64,000 nt of DNA from Pyrinomonadaceae bacterium (GTDB lineage Bacteria; Acidobacteriota; Blastocatellia; Pyrinomonadales; Pyrinomonadaceae). Numbering within the stretch: position 1 is the stretch's first letter; each line of letters begins with the position of its first letter. The notes below the pieces were generated by a model. The model was given only the letters and a program-made list of their open reading frames with translations, was not told where the DNA came from and searched no databases. Below, one piece after another: positions 9,251-17,681 of the stretch. The stretch lies in assembly GCA_019186825.1 (NCBI GenBank), contig JABARP010000007.1, forward strand, positions 15,813-79,812, in the 5' to 3' direction. Position numbers and translations under genes: made by a program.

Positions 9251-10195
9251 ATGGCATTGTTTCAATTTGCAAAGGACAAAAAATACGACGCTGTGGGTTT
9301 TGGCACGAACGCCGTGGATTTCCTGATCGAGGTCCCGCAGTATCCTCAGTTCAACTCGAAGGTAGAGCTGTCTAACTACGCACAATTGGCCGGCGGCGAG
9401 GTCGCGAGCACGATGGCCGGGCTTCAGCGGCTTGGGTTTACGACGGCTTATGCGGGCCGACTCGGTGACGACGCGGCGGCAGACATCGGTATCGCGTCGC
9501 TTGCCGAAGACGGCGTCGATACACGATTTGCCGAACGCATTTCGGGTGCTGCAACGCAGATCGCGTTCATCATTGTGGATGAGGCATCGGGCGAACGCAC
9601 CGTCATCTGGAAACGCGACAAAAAGCTTGCGTATTCTGCTGAAGACGCACCGCTCGATGCCGCACGCGAATGCCGCGTACTCCACATCACTCCGCACGAC
9701 ACGGCCGCATGCATTGCGATGGCACGTGCCGCGAAAGAGGCCGATGCGTATATTTCGATCGACATCGACAATATTTTTGACGGCACCGAGGACCTCTTGC
9801 CGCTGATCGACATCTTTGTCGCATCGGCTGACTTTCCCGAAAGGCTTACCGGCATCGCCGACCTCAGGGAGGCCCTTCTTTATCTTTCCGAGAAATACGG
9901 ATTCAAGATCGCTTGTGCAACGCTTGGCGGATCCGGCTCGATCCTTCTTGCTGAAGGGAAGTTCGTCGAAACTCAGGGTTTTGCCGTTCCCGGCGGCTGT
10001 GTAGATACGACCGGTGCCGGGGACGCTTTTCGTGCCGGCCTTCTTTACGGCCTTCTCTCCGAAGCATCGATCGAAGAGGCCGCAGCTTGCGCGAACGCAG
10101 TTGCAGCCCTTAAATGCCGCCGCCTCGGGGCGCGTTCAGGTCTGCCGAAGAAACAAGAACTTTTAACGATGTTAAAAAAAGCTGGACGTTCCTGA
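9251..10195 (+). CDS. PfkB-family carbohydrate/nucleoside kinase
   Basis: 314 aa with a ribokinase-like fold signature. The C-terminal PfkB motif is VDTTGAGDAFRAGLLYGL and the N-terminal motif is VGFGTNAVDFL. Confidence 0.8.
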   Translation: MALFQFAKDKKYDAVGFGTNAVDFLIEVPQYPQFNSKVELSNYAQLAGGEVASTMAGLQRLGFTTAYAGRLGDDAAADIGIASLAEDGVDTRFAERISGAATQIAFIIVDEASGERTVIWKRDKKLAYSAEDAPLDAARECRVLHITPHDTAACIAMARAAKEADAYISIDIDNIFDGTEDLLPLIDIFVASADFPERLTGIADLREALLYLSEKYGFKIACATLGGSGSILLAEGKFVETQGFAVPGGCVDTTGAGDAFRAGLLYGLLSEASIEEAAACANAVAALKCRRLGARSGLPKKQELLTMLKKAGRS

Positions 10196-10300
10196 CTTTT
10201 TAGTATTACAATCAGTTGGGACAAGTCCTTGTCCGTTTGCGAGAAACCTCATTCTCAGCCCAGTTATTAGCGGTCTGTCCTAAGATCCTCACTCTTCTAT

Positions 10301-11515
10301 ATGGACGAAAAAATCGGCTTGATCGTACAGATTTCAGGGGTAGCTCTCATTGCCCTCTTGACGCTGTTTCTGCGTCGCAGCCTAAAGATAGTTGCTCTCA
10401 GCTATTGGGCCAATGCCTGGTGTATTTTGTGTTTTGGACTGATCTGTCTTCGCATTGCGGCCGGTGAATCGTCCTTAGTCCAGCTCCTCGGCCTTTATTT
10501 CGTTACTCAGTACCTCTTCGGGTTCCTGCTCGCCGCTGGCTGTTATAGTCTTGCAAGGAACGAGAGGATGCGGTCTCACTTTGAGTTCGCGATCATTCCG
10601 TTCATCATCTTTGGCTTCATTCTTCCATTTCTCTCGGACGACCTGTCGTTGCTCCTCAACATTCACTCGCTCGTGATGGCGGTCTTTTTCGCGGGTTCGT
10701 ATGCGATCCTTTGGCGGACGCATGTCCGGACGCTTGGCTGGCACGTGATGCTGGTCGCGATCGGGCTGCTGACGGTGAACTGTCTTCAATACTTTGTCGT
10801 CTCGCTTGTCGGCGCAAGGCCGTCATTTGCGATCGATCTTGTCCCGTCCGGGCCGCTCTTTGACTTCATTCTCCAGAACCTGCTCGGCTTCGGCACGGTG
10901 ATCATCCTTCTTGAACGCGTCCTCTCGGATGCAAATAAGGCGAACGCGGAACTCACCGTCGCCCACGCTCAGCTAAAGGAACTCGTTCACGTCGATCCGC
11001 TTACTGCAGCCCTTAACCGGCACGCATTCCACGGATACCTGCGGCAGAAAGGCGAGGATGAAGGCAGCGTCCACGGCTGCGTAGGTTTCTTTGACGTTGA
11101 CGATCTTAAGGACATCAATGACGCATACGGCCATCCTGTGGGCGATGCGGCGATCCGTGCACTCGTGCGTGCAATTCGCGACATCATTCGTGCGGAAGAC
11201 CTGATCTTCCGCTGGGGCGGCGACGAATTCTTCGTCCTGATGATCGGCCTCGATTGCGAACTCGCAAGCCAGCGAATGTCCCGCCTCGACGGCCTTCTTA
11301 CTGACGTTTCGCTGGACGGCTTGCGGCATCCGATCACGATCGGCGTGTCCCGTGCCTTTGAGAATTTCGAAGATCTCGAGCGTCTCGAGAATGCGATCGA
11401 GCGGGCCGACGCAAAAATGTATCTTGAGAAAGAGCGTCGTAAAAGCATACCGCGGCTTCGTGGTTCTCAACCGGCGATCTCATCCGGCGTGTCGCGAAGC
11501 GGCGTCGCCCTATAG
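10301..11515 (+). CDS. Multi-pass membrane diguanylate cyclase (GGDEF)
   Basis: The N-terminal ~200 aa consist of consecutive hydrophobic helices. The C-terminal GGDEF domain has an I-site and active site (IRAEDLIFRWGGDEFFVLM) and DPLTAALNRHAF. Confidence 0.85.
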   Translation: MDEKIGLIVQISGVALIALLTLFLRRSLKIVALSYWANAWCILCFGLICLRIAAGESSLVQLLGLYFVTQYLFGFLLAAGCYSLARNERMRSHFEFAIIPFIIFGFILPFLSDDLSLLLNIHSLVMAVFFAGSYAILWRTHVRTLGWHVMLVAIGLLTVNCLQYFVVSLVGARPSFAIDLVPSGPLFDFILQNLLGFGTVIILLERVLSDANKANAELTVAHAQLKELVHVDPLTAALNRHAFHGYLRQKGEDEGSVHGCVGFFDVDDLKDINDAYGHPVGDAAIRALVRAIRDIIRAEDLIFRWGGDEFFVLMIGLDCELASQRMSRLDGLLTDVSLDGLRHPITIGVSRAFENFEDLERLENAIERADAKMYLEKERRKSIPRLRGSQPAISSGVSRSGVAL

Positions 11516-12175
11516 CTTGTCCTCGAAAAATCCGACCGCCAACGCCCACGCATCCTGTGCGGCTTCGGCAACATAGACTTCCGGCCGCGTGTCGTTAAAG
11601 AATGCGTGGTCGGCTTCGTATTTTACGCTCTCGACCGGCAGCTCGTACCGCTCGGCAGCATCCTCGAGCGAGGCGACCTTCTCGGCATTGATCCAACCGT
11701 CTTTAGTCGCGGAGATAAAGATCGTCGGTACGCGAAGCTTTTGCAGGACGGCATCTTCAGGAATGTCGCCATAGAACGGCACGGCGGCACTGATACCTTC
11801 GACGAGGCAAGCCGCACGCAGCGCGTACGTTCCGCCCATGCAGAATCCCGTTATTCCGAAATGATCGAGGCCGTTCGTCCTTCGCAGTTCATTCACCGTT
11901 GCACGGATCGTCGCGATGCCGTCGTCGAGCGGGAGAGCGCTCATAAGCTTTGCTGCCTCGGCGGGCGTTTGTGCCGTTTTCCCGCGATATAGATCCGGAG
12001 CAACGGCCAGGAAACCTTCTCTGGCGTACCGCCGCGTGATGTCGCGTATGTGATCGTTCAGGCCCCAATATTCCTGAATTACGATGACCGCCTTGCCGTT
12101 CGGGCTCTCTGGCCTCGCAACATACGCGCTTGTTTCGCCATTATCCGTCTGAAAAGTAACTGTCTCTTCTGCCAT
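11510..12175 (-). CDS. Dienelactone hydrolase family protein
   Basis: The ORF runs to 12202. The ATG at 12175 (MAEETVTF...) follows a GGGAGGA Shine-Dalgarno-like element. DLH-like motifs are present: VIVIQEYWGLNDHIRDITRRYAREGFLAVAPDLY, the nucleophile elbow GITGFCMGG and a C-terminal HAF. Confidence 0.75.
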   Translation of the reverse strand: MAEETVTFQTDNGETSAYVARPESPNGKAVIVIQEYWGLNDHIRDITRRYAREGFLAVAPDLYRGKTAQTPAEAAKLMSALPLDDGIATIRATVNELRRTNGLDHFGITGFCMGGTYALRAACLVEGISAAVPFYGDIPEDAVLQKLRVPTIFISATKDGWINAEKVASLEDAAERYELPVESVKYEADHAFFNDTRPEVYVAEAAQDAWALAVGFFEDKL

Positions 12176-12287
12176 TATTGTTGAATTCCTCCCGGCGTTC
12201 ACCGCCCCTTGTGTCCGACCTTCAAAAGATCCGGCGTCGAACCCAGAATCGATTATAGGTCAATCCGCTTTCCGATTTGGAGCACGG

Positions 12288-12372
12288 TTTGCACAGAATG
12301 ACACGAAATGCACAAATTGATACAAAATGCACGAAATGACACAAAATGCACAGAATGCACAGAATGAAGCAG
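12288..12372 (+). repeat. Array of about nine degenerate 8-10 nt units, AATG(C/A)ACA(G/A)
   Basis: Read directly: tttgcacag aatgacacg aaatgcacaa attgatacaa aatgcacg aaatgacacaa aatgcacag aatgcacag aatgaagcag. The 26-mer at 12307-12332 matches 34563-34588 at 25 of 26 positions in the same orientation. Confidence 0.8.
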
Positions 12373-12413
12373 CCGCGGGTTAGCAAGGTGGTTCTGTCCC
12401 ACATCTCTGCGTG

Positions 12414-12540
12414 CCCCGCTTCTGTCGCCGAGCGGGGAAGCTCCGCTTTCCCGACATGCCCACCGAATCACCCGGGCGGCTAAGCCGCCAATAACATTCA
12501 TATTCTTACGACGGCGAAGCTAAGCTTCGCCGCTCGGCGA
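12414..12540. other. Intergenic element with nested, partly mutually exclusive hairpins
   Basis: Outer inverted repeat: TCGCCGAGCGG (12425-12435) with CCGCTCGGCGA (12530-12540). Competing hairpin: CCCCGCT (12414-12420) with AGCGGGG (12431-12437). Two inner hairpins have TAA triloops: GGCGGC-TAA-GCCGCC (12475-12489) and GGCGAAGC-TAA-GCTTCGCC (12513-12531). Confidence 0.5.
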
Positions 12541-12603
12541 TGATTTGATCCATCGCGGAGCTGTAGATAGTCTGGCCACACCTCCGATCCATTGGCCGTA
12601 AAA

Positions 12604-12631
12604 TTGAACCTCTCAGGCCACAAGTGTTAAT
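12604..12631 (+). promoter_or_regulatory. Candidate sigma70-type promoter for tRNA-Leu
   Basis: TTGAAC (12604-12609), a 16-nt spacer, then GTTAAT (12626-12631). The mature tRNA 5' end lies 11 nt downstream. This is a motif match only. Confidence 0.4.
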
Positions 12632-12642
12632 CTCAAAGCCGT

Positions 12643-12729
12643 GCTGGGGTGGCGGAATTGGTAGACGCCCAGGACTTAAAATCCTGTGTCCTTAGGGACG
12701 TACGGGTTCGATTCCCGTCCCCAGTACCA
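12643..12729 (+). tRNA. tRNA-Leu, anticodon UAA
   Basis: 87 nt. The acceptor stem is GCTGGGG / CCCCAGT with a G1-U72 wobble. The D-arm is GCGGAATTGGTAGACGC. The anticodon stem-loop is CAGGA-CTTAAAA-TCCTG, giving anticodon TAA. A long variable arm (GTGTCCTTAGGGACGTAC) is present. The T-arm is GGGTTCGATTCCC, and the discriminator A and CCA are encoded. Confidence 0.93.
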
Positions 12730-12960
12730 ACCCGCGAGCCTCCAAACACCTGCCTTCTGCCTGATTTCGTGCATCTTTTCTACCGGAAATGAACCATTTC
12801 GTCTGCTGACGTGTTCGCGAAGCCACAAAATTTGGCCATTTGCCGCATCATTCTTCGAAATTCGAGCATCTAACCTTCTTGGCATACCCTTTGCAGTTAC
12901 TCACGCCGGAATCAGCGGTTTAGATTTCGGCCCGGCATCACAACAAGGAACGGAGGTCGA

Positions 12961-13578
12961 ATGAAAAGAGCCATTGCTCCCTTTAAACGCTTGTTTCCAC
13001 TGGTTTTGATCTTTGCAAGTACAGGTTGTTTATACGCACAGAGGGATTCATTGTACCGGCTGCCTGCCGGTACGAAGATCAAGCTCAAGCTCGGCGCGGA
13101 GCTTAAAACCGGAGTTTCGAGCGTCGGCGACACTTTCATCGCGACGGTCGCTGAGCCCGTCCGACGTGAAGGCGAGATCGTCCTGCCCGAGGGAACTGCT
13201 TTCGAAGGCAGAATTACTGTCGCCGAGAAGGCAAAGATCGGCGGGCGAGACGGCGAACTCAAATTCGCGATCGAGCATATGCTTGTGGGCGAGGATATTC
13301 GACGGAGCGTTTCCGCAAAGGTCCTGACAAGATTCAATGCCGATTCGACGAGGCTGCTCAGAGTCGCGAGTATCGCAGGCGGAACGGCCGTTGGAGCCCT
13401 CATCGGTTATGCCGCCGCGGGCGATGCCAACGGTGCCATTATCGGAGCCGGCATTGGAGCCGGCCTTAGCACCGGGACGGCGGTCCTGCAGCGAGGAAAC
13501 GAAGTGCGGATCAAGAAGGACCAAACCTTTTTGATCGAATTGAAAGAAGACCTGATCTTGCCGGTTTTAGATTATTGA
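12961..13578 (+). CDS. Hypothetical lipoprotein with a C-terminal glycine-zipper segment
   Basis: A GGAGG element lies 5 nt upstream of the ATG. The signal peptide has a lipobox (LVLIFASTGC). The C-terminal region is a Gly-zipper (GGTAVGALIGYAAAGDANGAIIGAGIGAGLSTGTA). Confidence 0.6.
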   Translation: MKRAIAPFKRLFPLVLIFASTGCLYAQRDSLYRLPAGTKIKLKLGAELKTGVSSVGDTFIATVAEPVRREGEIVLPEGTAFEGRITVAEKAKIGGRDGELKFAIEHMLVGEDIRRSVSAKVLTRFNADSTRLLRVASIAGGTAVGALIGYAAAGDANGAIIGAGIGAGLSTGTAVLQRGNEVRIKKDQTFLIELKEDLILPVLDY

Positions 13579-13620
13579 GGTTGGCCGTTGGCGAGAACCG
13601 TTCGGCCATATTAAGGAAAG

Positions 13621-13660
13621 GCCCGTCGTGAAGGGGAGAGCACGGCGGGCTTTTCTATTT
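13621..13660 (+). terminator. Rho-independent terminator after the lipoprotein gene
   Basis: Stem GCCCGTCGTG / CACGGCGGGC with one G-U pair, loop AAGGGGAGAG, then TTTTCTATTT. Confidence 0.7.
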
Positions 13661-13762
13661 GCTCTTCTGTCGCAGTCCGGTACGCCCTTTTTGGCGTTGA
13701 TGCTTCCATTGTGAGAAAATATCGTTTTTATCAAACATCACTATCTCAAACAGGAAGGTTAA

Positions 13763-14698
<936 letters not shown>

Positions 14699-14720
14699 TC
14701 TCTTACTCAATTCAAGAAAA

Positions 14721-14751
14721 AGGCGGTTCCGAATGCGGAACCGCCTTTTTT
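14721..14751. terminator. Bidirectional rho-independent terminator between the convergent mdh and metalloprotease genes
   Basis: GGCGGTTCC (14722-14730), loop GAATGC, GGAACCGCC (14737-14745). It is flanked by an A-run upstream and TTTTTT downstream. Confidence 0.85.
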
Positions 14752-14774
14752 GTTGTTCTAGTTCCTTTCGGATC

Positions 14775-17309
14775 CTAGTTCACATACGCACTTGGGGCCG
14801 GTGTGTCGCCTGCAAGGCCGAAGGGTACGACCGAGAACCCTGCACTCGTGCCGAGTATGTAGAACAGTCCTTGTGCATCGGGTCTATAGACCGCGAGGTC
14901 TGCCTTGCCGTCGCCATCGTAATCACCTGCTGCAGGGATGTCCGTCGCGATGCCGAACGGTGCACCGTATGCCGTATCGTTCTCGCTTCTGAGGATGTAC
15001 CAGAAGCCTGTCGATGGTCGATACACCGCAAGGTCCGTCTTGCCGTCGCCTGTGTAGTCGGCAGGGACGATCTTGTCGCCTGCGGCTCCGAACTGTGCGG
15101 CCCAGAACGCTCCGTTCGCCGAATTGAACCTGTACCAGACGCCCGTCGAAGGACGATATACGGCAATATCTGCCTTACCGTCGCCATCGAAGTCCGCTGT
15201 GGTCGGCCTGTCGCCTGCAAGCCCGAACTGTACGGCCGTAAAGCCCTGTGTAGAACGCTGTATGTAGAACGTCCCCTGTGCGTCAGGACGATATACCGCC
15301 ATGTCAGCCTTCCCGTCACCGTCGAAATCACCGGGCGTCGGGATATCCGTCGATATGCCGAACGGTGCGACGGTGAGCGTCAGATCTTCGCTACGGAGTA
15401 TGTACCACGTTCCCGTGCTCGGCCGATACATCGCGACATCCGTCTTACCGTCACCCGTAAAGTCAGCCGGCACCATCTTGTCGCCTGCCGCACCGAACTG
15501 ATACGCTGTGAACCCTGCCGTCGAACGCTGCAGATACCAGACACTATTCGATGGCCGATACACGCTCACATCCGTCTTCCCGTCCCCGTCAAAATCGAAC
15601 ATCGCGGCACCGGTCGGTGTGGATGATGTGCCGATCGTGAAATTCGCTGATGACGTTCCCGCGGGATCGATAAATCCGGCCTCACGAACGCGAATGCGTG
15701 CCGACGAGGTCGGAATGTTCGGTACGGTCCAGCTTCGCGAACCGGAGTTCGCAACGTCGTTCGCGATCACCGTCGGGAATGTCGTCCCACCGTCGGTGGA
15801 AAGTTCGATGGTCACGTTCCGGTCGAATCCGGAAGTATTCGTCCACGTGATATTGACGTTCGAGCCGATCGCGACCGAACCGCTAGCGGGCGAGACATTC
15901 GTGATCGTATCACGTACATTGTCGTTGTTGCTGTCGCGATACCAGCCGATGTCACGCATTACGTGCCTCGTGAGATCGAGCGTGAGAGGAAGCCCGACAG
16001 TGATATTCGGTTCCATCAGCAGGTTCGGGCTGCACGCCGTGTTAAAGTGGGAGATCGATGATCCGCCCTGAAACGTCGAAGGCGTATAGAGCTGAACGCG
16101 TCCGCTTGCATCGTCGCATGCAGTAAGAAAACTAGATGCGATGCGTACGTTCGGGCCGTCGAAGACGACGTTGTTATTGTTCGTCGCCGAAGCGCGGCGT
16201 TCGAGATCGGTCATTTCCGACCAGCGCTTTCCGGTCGTCGTGTCGAACATAAATCTCAGATACGCGTCCGGAAAGCCCGACGGCATCTCACCCGTCGAAC
16301 CATTCACAAAACTCTGAAAACCGAGCCCGTGGCCCATTTCGTGAAGGAGCACGACGAGCAGATTGATGCGGTTCGCGGGAGTCGAATTATTGAGTCCGTA
16401 GTAAAACCGCGATCCCGAACCAAGACAGCCGTTATCGACGTCCGAATTGAACTGAGCGTTTATCTCAGGGTTCGACAAATTGAGCGGAGTGCCGGCGAGT
16501 TTATTCGCGAGAGCGACGGAATACCATGTGCCCGGAACGGGTGCCGATGCGAAATCGCGCAGGCGGCTCGTCGCTCCTGCAGAACCAAGCACACCGCCGC
16601 TCGGTGAGCACGGCGAGAGAGAGTTGAATTGCGAATTCACCTCGATCGGTACGGTCGTGTCGAGGAATGCGCCCCAGATACTTGCCGCAAAATTGAAGAG
16701 ATTCAATCGTTGCTGTCCGCGGGTCGTTCCGTCGTTGCCGCCCTCAGGCGCGGCTGCCGTCGGGTCGTTGAAACCTTCGCCGGCACCATCACCATTCACG
16801 ATCGTGATCGTGGCAGAATTCGGCTGCAATGCACGACGCTGGGCGGCCTCGGCTATCAAATTCTTGTAAAAGATCAGTTCCGCCGGAGACATTCCATGGC
16901 GGGCCGCTTCGTTCGCGACCTCGGTCCTATCCGGATAGTGCGACTGGATCTTTGCACCGGTGAAGAGATCGCGGCCTAGGAAGTTCTCTGCCTCGCCAAG
17001 ATCCGAAACGCAAGCGGCGACCGGTTCGCCATCCGAGCCGAGTCGAGCGAGCAGAACGTTCTGAAACGTCATCCCCATATCGACCTCGACACCGCCGTCC
17101 GGCAATGTTCGTTTGATACTTCGCGAGTCGGTTCGGTCCGTGAGGTCACTGATCAGGCGGCCGAGCTCACGATCACCGTCCTGCGGCCCGGGGCGGGTCT
17201 GCGATGAGTTCACCTGTGCGCTTGCCAGCGACCACCTGCCGGTCCCGACAAGAACAAGTGCTCCAAGAATAAGTGCCAATGCTGCAGTGGAAAGAATTAC
17301 TTTTTTCAT
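14775..17309 (-). CDS. Secreted HExxH zinc metallopeptidase-like protein with six C-terminal FG-GAP/VCBS-type repeats
   Basis: The ORF runs to 17453, but the ATG at 17309 gives a clean signal peptide (MKKVILSTAALALILGALVLVG...ASAQ). The zinc motif is LLHEMGHGLGF. Six tandem ~45-aa repeats of the form D[FY][DT]GDGK[TA]D..VYRP...[WF]Y...FG..D.P occupy the C-terminus. Confidence 0.75.
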   Translation of the reverse strand: MKKVILSTAALALILGALVLVGTGRWSLASAQVNSSQTRPGPQDGDRELGRLISDLTDRTDSRSIKRTLPDGGVEVDMGMTFQNVLLARLGSDGEPVAACVSDLGEAENFLGRDLFTGAKIQSHYPDRTEVANEAARHGMSPAELIFYKNLIAEAAQRRALQPNSATITIVNGDGAGEGFNDPTAAAPEGGNDGTTRGQQRLNLFNFAASIWGAFLDTTVPIEVNSQFNSLSPCSPSGGVLGSAGATSRLRDFASAPVPGTWYSVALANKLAGTPLNLSNPEINAQFNSDVDNGCLGSGSRFYYGLNNSTPANRINLLVVLLHEMGHGLGFQSFVNGSTGEMPSGFPDAYLRFMFDTTTGKRWSEMTDLERRASATNNNNVVFDGPNVRIASSFLTACDDASGRVQLYTPSTFQGGSSISHFNTACSPNLLMEPNITVGLPLTLDLTRHVMRDIGWYRDSNNDNVRDTITNVSPASGSVAIGSNVNITWTNTSGFDRNVTIELSTDGGTTFPTVIANDVANSGSRSWTVPNIPTSSARIRVREAGFIDPAGTSSANFTIGTSSTPTGAAMFDFDGDGKTDVSVYRPSNSVWYLQRSTAGFTAYQFGAAGDKMVPADFTGDGKTDVAMYRPSTGTWYILRSEDLTLTVAPFGISTDIPTPGDFDGDGKADMAVYRPDAQGTFYIQRSTQGFTAVQFGLAGDRPTTADFDGDGKADIAVYRPSTGVWYRFNSANGAFWAAQFGAAGDKIVPADYTGDGKTDLAVYRPSTGFWYILRSENDTAYGAPFGIATDIPAAGDYDGDGKADLAVYRPDAQGLFYILGTSAGFSVVPFGLAGDTPAPSAYVN
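14778..15600 (-). repeat. Coding tandem repeats (six ~135-bp FG-GAP-like units)
   Basis: DFDGDGKTDVSVYRP, DFTGDGKTDVAMYRP, DFDGDGKADMAVYRP, DFDGDGKADIAVYRP, DYTGDGKTDLAVYRP and DYDGDGKADLAVYRP recur in register. This repeat structure also produces the long spurious antisense ORF 14733..15626. Confidence 0.85.
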
Positions 17310-17493
17310 TATTGATACAACCTGATGACGTGGGCGTCGTGCGAAGGCTCGCGGAAAATTCATTTTCTCACAGCGAAGAAGTTTTGCAAACAAAATTCTT
17401 CCGTCTTCGCGTCGGCTCGAAATGGAGAGCATCGTAATACGCAATAGTTGCACAGATCACGTCCATCTTGCCTCATGTCATCCTGCTTCAATT

Positions 17494-17521
17494 TGACCGA
17501 AAATGGCGGTCAGGCTGACCG
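17494..17521. promoter_or_regulatory. Three TGACCG/CGGTCA half-sites in the divergent protease intergenic region
   Basis: TGACCG at 17494-17499, CGGTCA at 17507-17512 and TGACCG at 17516-17521. They form two overlapping palindromes. A GAAGAAGTTTTG / CAAAATTCTTC hairpin lies nearby at about 17376-17403. Confidence 0.35.
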
Positions 17522-17681
17522 AATTTTAGTCTCACATTTCGTTCGATAGTTCGCTAACCCGTGTGATGCCAACAAATACACAGTGGCACGTTCTTTGATT
17601 AAAGAAAGGACAGCAAGAGGTGCGCATTGCGTTCGCACCCTCCGAGCCGGTAGATCCACCCCGGACAAGGAAGTGAATTTT

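Noticed and set aside
12288-12372. A possible CRISPR array, considered for both repeat regions (12288-12372 and 34126-34600).
   Set aside because: The repeat period is 8-10 nt, or palindromic arms, with no unique spacers of 25-40 nt. There are no cas genes in the window.
12361-12400. GAAGCAGCC at about 12366-12374 resembles the conserved 3' side of SRP (4.5S) RNA helix 8.
   Set aside because: No GNRA tetraloop and no complementary 5' strand (AGGUC.GG-type) precede it. The preceding sequence is the AATGCAC repeat array. A 9-nt match on its own is not evidence for an SRP RNA.
12222-12501. ORFs 12222..12404 and 12253..12501 on the minus strand.
   Set aside because: They are translations of the AATGCAC octamer array (CILCILCHFVHFV, HSVHSVHFVSF) and of the hairpin element. 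There is no start context and no family resemblance.
12730-12960. A possible genomic island integrated at the 3' end of tRNA-Leu.
   Set aside because: No integrase, no phage or mobile-element gene and no obvious repeat of the tRNA 3' end follow. The next genes are a lipoprotein and mdh, with ordinary composition.
14733-15626. A 297-aa plus-strand ORF antisense to the FG-GAP repeat region, plus other long antisense ORFs (216..1040, 1267..2169, 3381..4634, 6512..7603, 19889..20608, 22308..23111, 32049..33023, 35793..36353, 39577..40224, 56043..56636, 57573..58136, 59492..59971).
   Set aside because: All lie fully inside, and antisense to, ORFs with clear family signatures. Their translations are Arg/Cys/Ser-rich with no recognisable motifs. 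This is typical of shadow ORFs in GC-rich DNA.
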